Below, piece by piece: positions 60,069-64,000 of a stretch of DNA of 64,000 nt; positions within the stretch are counted from its first letter, which is position 1, and each line of letters begins with the position of its first letter. A model generated the notes under the pieces. That model saw only the letters and a program-made list of their open reading frames with translations. It made no database searches and was not told where the DNA came from. Made by a program: the position numbers and the translations under genes. Location of the stretch: the NCBI GenBank assembly GCA_963771355.1, contig CAVYTA010000006.1:2176001-2240000 (forward strand), read 5' to 3'. The stretch is from an uncultured Candidatus Rokubacteria bacterium. GTDB taxonomy: Bacteria; Methylomirabilota; Methylomirabilia; Rokubacteriales; CSP1-6.

Positions 60069-60692
60069 CTAGCGGCGCCGGTCGCGCACGAAGGCGGCGA
60101 AGTTCTCGAGGAGACGCAGGCCCCACCGCTGGCTCTTCTCGGGGTGGAACTGCGTGGCGAAGAGCGGACCCCGCTCCACCGCGGCGGCGAAGGTCACCCC
60201 GTAGGTGCACGTCGCCACCTTGACGGAAGAGTCCTCCGTTACCGGATAGTACGAGTGCACGAAGTAGAAGTGCGCGCCGCTCGGCACCCCCTCGAAGAGG
60301 GCGAGGTCGCCCCGGTGCTCGACGCTGTTCCAGCCCATGTGCGGCACCTTGGGCCCGCGGGGAAAGCGCCGGACGGCGCCGGGGATGACATCCAGCCCCT
60401 TGCCCTGGCCGAACTCCTCGCTCTCGGTGAACAGGAGCTGGTAGCCGAGGCAGATGCCGAGAAAGGGCCGGTGCCCATCGATGGTCGCGCGCACGGGATC
60501 CAGGAGCCCGCGCCGGCCGAGGTTCGTCATCGCGTCGTGGAAGGCGCCGTCGCCGGGCAGCACCACCGCCTCGGCGTCCTCCACCACGCGCGGGTCCTCC
60601 GTCACCACCGCGCGCATGCCCAGGCGGCCGAAGGCCTTCTCGACGCTCCCGAGATTGCCCCGGCCGTAGTCGATGACCGCGATCACCGGCAC
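60069..60692 (-). CDS. hisH: Imidazole glycerol phosphate synthase glutaminase subunit
   Basis: DYGRGNL, GICLGYQ, VPHMGWN, YFVHSY, QFHPEKS. Confidence 0.97.
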   Translation of the reverse strand: MPVIAVIDYGRGNLGSVEKAFGRLGMRAVVTEDPRVVEDAEAVVLPGDGAFHDAMTNLGRRGLLDPVRATIDGHRPFLGICLGYQLLFTESEEFGQGKGLDVIPGAVRRFPRGPKVPHMGWNSVEHRGDLALFEGVPSGAHFYFVHSYYPVTEDSSVKVATCTYGVTFAAAVERGPLFATQFHPEKSQRWGLRLLENFAAFVRDRRR

Positions 60693-60695
60693 CCC

Positions 60696-61316
60696 CTAGA
60701 GGCTGCCCTTGGTGGACGGCACGTCGGAGACGCGCGGATTGAGCCGGGTGGCCTCGGCGAGGGCGCGGGCCACCGCCTTGAACGTGGCCTCCGCGATGTG
60801 GTGGAGGTTCTCGCCGTAGTGCATGGTGACGTGCAGCGTGATCTCGGCATTGAAGGCGAAGGCGCGGAAAAAATCCTTCAGGAGGTCGAGATCGAAGTTC
60901 GAGATCCGCGTCCGCTGTAGCGGCACGTTGAACACGAGGTAGGGCCGCCCGGAGAGGTCCACCGCGGCATGCAGCAGCGCCTCGTCCATGGGGAGGAAGG
61001 ACGCCCCGTAGCGGACGATGCCGCGCTTGTCGCCGAGCGCCTCCTTGAGCGCCTTGCCCAGGCAGATGCCCACGTCCTCCACGGTGTGGTGCAGATCCAC
61101 CTCGAGGTCGCCCCGCGCGTCCACCGACAGGTCCATCAGCCCGTGCTTGGACCACGCTTCCAGCATGTGATTGAAGAACGGGATGGCGGTCTCCACCTTG
61201 GACGCGCCGGTGCCGTCCAGGCCGAGCTGGAGGACGATCTGCGTCTCCTTGGTCTTGCGCTCCACGCGGGCCTGCCGCGGGATCGCGGGCTCGGTGCCCC
61301 GGGCCTTGTCCGTCAT
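60696..61316 (-). CDS. hisB: Imidazoleglycerol-phosphate dehydratase
   Basis: RKTKETQI, DLHHTVED, NLHHIAE, PSTKGSL. Confidence 0.97.
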   Translation of the reverse strand: MTDKARGTEPAIPRQARVERKTKETQIVLQLGLDGTGASKVETAIPFFNHMLEAWSKHGLMDLSVDARGDLEVDLHHTVEDVGICLGKALKEALGDKRGIVRYGASFLPMDEALLHAAVDLSGRPYLVFNVPLQRTRISNFDLDLLKDFFRAFAFNAEITLHVTMHYGENLHHIAEATFKAVARALAEATRLNPRVSDVPSTKGSL

Positions 61317-62626
61317 GCCATGCCTCCCCTCGTCTCGATGCGCACGTGCGCCGCTGCCCCGTGGGCGGCCAGACCTTCCACGCGGGCCAGCTCGGCCAGG
61401 TGGGGCCAGGCCTCCGCGAGGCCTCGGGCGGTATAGCGGATCACGCTGAGCCGCTTCATGAAGTCCTCGGTGGAGAGCGCGGAGGCGAAGCGCGCGGTGC
61501 CGCCGGTGGGCAGCACGTGGTTCGGCCCCGCCACGTAGTCGCCCACCACCTCCGGCGTGGCGCCGCCGAGGAACACCGCCCCCGCGCTCCGCACCCGGGC
61601 CAGCAGCGCGTCGGGCTCGGCCACGAGCAGCTCGAGGTGCTCGGGGGCGAGGCGGTTGGCCACGTCCACGGCCTCCTCCAGGCTGGCCGTCAGCACCAGG
61701 GCGCCATTGGCCTCCAGCGCGCTCGCCGCGATCTCGCGCCGGGGCAGCGTCTCGAGCCGGCGGGAAACCTCCGCTTCTACCCAATCGAGCAGCGCCGCCG
61801 AAGGGGAGAGCAGCACGGACCGCGCCATCGGATCGTGCTCCGCCTGGGCGAGCAGATCGGCGGCGGCGAAGGCGGGGTCGGCGGCGGCGTCCGCGATCAC
61901 CACCACCTCGCTCGGCCCCGCCAGCATGTCGATGCCGACGTCGCCGAAGACCCGGCGCTTGGCCAGCGCCACGTAGATGTTCCCCGGTCCCACGATCTTG
62001 TCCACGCGGCGGATGCTCTCGGTGCCGTAGGCGAGCGCGGCCACCGCCTGCGCGCCGCCCACGCGGTAGGCTTCCGTCACCCCCGCCACGCGCGCGGCGG
62101 CCAGCACCGCGGCATCGAGCGTGCCGTCGGGTCCGGGCGGGGAGACGAGGACGACCTCGGCCACGCCCGCCACGCGCGCGGGCACCGCCGTCATCAGCAC
62201 CGTGGAGGGATAGGCGGCGCGGCCGCCCGGCACGTAGATGCCGACCCGCTCCAGCGCCCGCACCTCCTGGCCGAGTCGCGAGCCGGCGGCGTCGGTCATG
62301 TACCAGGTCCGCGGCAGCGCCTCCCGATGAAAGGCCTCGATGCGCGCCGCCGCGTAGCGGAGCGCGGCCCGCGTGGCCTCGCCCACCTGACGCTCGGCGG
62401 TGTCGAACTCGGCCGTGGTGACGCGCAGCCCCTCCGGGGAAACCCGCACCCGGTCGTAGCGCTCGGTCAGCTCTACCAGCGCGGCGTCTCCGCGCGCGCG
62501 CACCGCGGCCAGGATGTCCTCCACGCGCCGGTGGATGGCGGCGTCCACGGACTCGGGCGCCCGGTCCAGGGCGCGCGCCACCCCGTCCACGCCCAGCGCC
62601 GCGGTGTCGAGCCGCCGGAGCTTCAT
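61313..62626 (-). CDS. hisD: Histidinol dehydrogenase
   Basis: GIYVPGG, GPGNIYV, IDMLAGPSE, APEHLEL, GPNHVLPT. Confidence 0.97.
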   Translation of the reverse strand: MKLRRLDTAALGVDGVARALDRAPESVDAAIHRRVEDILAAVRARGDAALVELTERYDRVRVSPEGLRVTTAEFDTAERQVGEATRAALRYAAARIEAFHREALPRTWYMTDAAGSRLGQEVRALERVGIYVPGGRAAYPSTVLMTAVPARVAGVAEVVLVSPPGPDGTLDAAVLAAARVAGVTEAYRVGGAQAVAALAYGTESIRRVDKIVGPGNIYVALAKRRVFGDVGIDMLAGPSEVVVIADAAADPAFAAADLLAQAEHDPMARSVLLSPSAALLDWVEAEVSRRLETLPRREIAASALEANGALVLTASLEEAVDVANRLAPEHLELLVAEPDALLARVRSAGAVFLGGATPEVVGDYVAGPNHVLPTGGTARFASALSTEDFMKRLSVIRYTARGLAEAWPHLAELARVEGLAAHGAAAHVRIETRGGMA

Positions 62627-63273
62627 CGCGACGGCCTCGCCGCCACCGCCTGGCGCAGGGCCTCCACCAGGGCGTTCACGCGCGCGTGCGCGGTCTTCAG
62701 CGACGCGCGGTTGACGATGAGGCGCGCGGTGGAGGTCATGATCTGGGCGACTTCCACGAGGCCGTTGGCGCGCAGGGTCTCCCCCGACTGGACGAGGTCC
62801 ACGATGCGCTCGGCCAGGCCCACCAGCGGGGCCAGCTCGATGGAGCCGTCGAGCCGGATCATCTCCACCTGGATCCCGCGCTCCGAGAAGTAGCGCTCGG
62901 TCAGCGTCGGATACTTGGTGGCCACGCGGACCCACGACCACTTGGCGGGATCGTCGCGCTCCCAGAGGGCGCGGGGCTCCGCGACGACTAACCGGCAGAA
63001 GCCAAAACCGAGGTCCACTGGCTCGTACACGTCCGGCTCCTGCTCGGCGAGGATGTCCTTGCCGACGATGCCGAGATCCGCCGACCCGTACTGCACGTAG
63101 GTGGGGATGTCCGCCGGCTTGAGGAAGATGAAGCGCAGCGCGCGCGCCTCGTCGGTGACGAGGAGCCGGCGCGAGTCGGCGTCCACCCCGGTGATGCCGA
63201 GTGAGCTCAGAAGGGTCAGGGCCGGCTCGAGCAGGCGGCCCTTCGGCAGCGCGAGGGTCAGCACCGCGCTCAT
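62623..63273 (-). CDS. hisG: ATP phosphoribosyltransferase, short form (216 aa)
   Basis: [34 protein letters not shown]; no C-terminal regulatory domain. Confidence 0.95.
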   Translation of the reverse strand: MSAVLTLALPKGRLLEPALTLLSSLGITGVDADSRRLLVTDEARALRFIFLKPADIPTYVQYGSADLGIVGKDILAEQEPDVYEPVDLGFGFCRLVVAEPRALWERDDPAKWSWVRVATKYPTLTERYFSERGIQVEMIRLDGSIELAPLVGLAERIVDLVQSGETLRANGLVEVAQIMTSTARLIVNRASLKTAHARVNALVEALRQAVAARPSR

Positions 63274-63998
63274 GAGCGCACTCGCGTGATCCGGGCCCCG
63301 AGGGCAGACAGCTTCGCCTCCATCCGCTCGTAGCCCCGATCCAGGTGATACACGCGCGCGATCTCGGTGGTGCCGTGCGCGGCCAGACCGGCCAGCACCA
63401 GGGACGCGGAGGCGCGGAGATCGGTGGCCATGACCGGTGCGCCCTGATAGGCGGGGACCCCCTGGATCACCGCGGCGGAGCCATCGGTACGGATGCGCGC
63501 GCCCAGACGGCCGAGCTCGGCCGCGTGCATGTAGCGGTTCTCGAAGATGGTCTCCGAGATCTTCGACTGCCCGTCGGCCAGGCCCAGCAGCGCCATGAGC
63601 TGCGCCTGCATGTCGGTGGGGAAGCCGGGATACGGGCTCGTGATGATGTCGGCCGGGCGCGGCCGCGCCGGTCCCTGGCACCGCACGCGATCACCGGTCA
63701 CCTCGATGACGGCGCCGCACTCCTCCAGCTTGGCCAGGGTGGCGGTGAGATGCCGCGGGGCGGTGCCCGTCACGGTGATGTCGCCGCCGGTGATGGCCGC
63801 CGCGGCGAGGAGGGTGCCCGCCTCGATGCGGTCGGGGATGATGCGGTGGCGCGCGCCGCCCAGCTCGGCCACGCCCTCGATCTCGATCCGCTCGGTCCCC
63901 GCGCCCTGGATGTGGGCGCCCATGGCGGTGAGGAGTCGCGCGAGGTCCGTCACCTCCGGCTCGCGCGCCGCGTTCTCGATCACGGTGGTGCCCTCGGC
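63270..63998 (-). CDS. murA: UDP-N-acetylglucosamine 1-carboxyvinyltransferase, 5' part outside window
   Basis: [39 protein letters not shown]. Confidence 0.96.
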   Translation of the reverse strand, partial: AEGTTVIENAAREPEVTDLARLLTAMGAHIQGAGTERIEIEGVAELGGARHRIIPDRIEAGTLLAAAAITGGDITVTGTAPRHLTATLAKLEECGAVIEVTGDRVRCQGPARPRPADIITSPYPGFPTDMQAQLMALLGLADGQSKISETIFENRYMHAAELGRLGARIRTDGSAAVIQGVPAYQGAPVMATDLRASASLVLAGLAAHGTTEIARVYHLDRGYERMEAKLSALGARITRVRS

Positions 63999-64000
63999 CA

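Overview
High-GC bacterial core-genome region. I found no mobile element, rRNA or CRISPR array. Taxonomy cannot be proven from this window; a diderm of the Ca. Rokubacteria/Methylomirabilota type is my guess from composition and gene content. Bases 1-11.4 kb (+) carry a Liv-type ABC transporter operon, then trxA-trpE-trpG-thiL, two CNNM/CorC genes and a dienelactone hydrolase. Bases 11.4-15.8 kb are a small accessory patch: a secreted cytochrome P460-family/cupredoxin fusion, an EamA transporter, a large beta-propeller-like lipoprotein and an SDR. Bases 15.9-48.8 kb (-) are a complete uninterrupted translation/transcription supercluster: 4 tRNAs, tuf, rpmG, tRNA-Trp, secE, nusG, rplKAJL, rpoBC, rpsLG, fusA, a second apparently identical tuf, and the S10, spc and alpha operons. 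Bases 48.9-64 kb (-) run murA-hisGDBHAF-hisIE-lipoprotein-mlaEFD-radA-PIN/TRAM-ispDF-cysS-rlmB. Most notable: the heme-c/type-1-copper fusion protein; a +1 frameshift in cysS that creates an apparent CysS-RlmB fusion; a divergent RNAP alpha subunit and a GPRG variant in RpoB fork loop 2; twin hairpins in front of rpoB; a 36-bp tandem/palindromic insert between rplK and rplA; a shared palindrome in two sigma70 promoters; and strongly G-skewed tuf copies.
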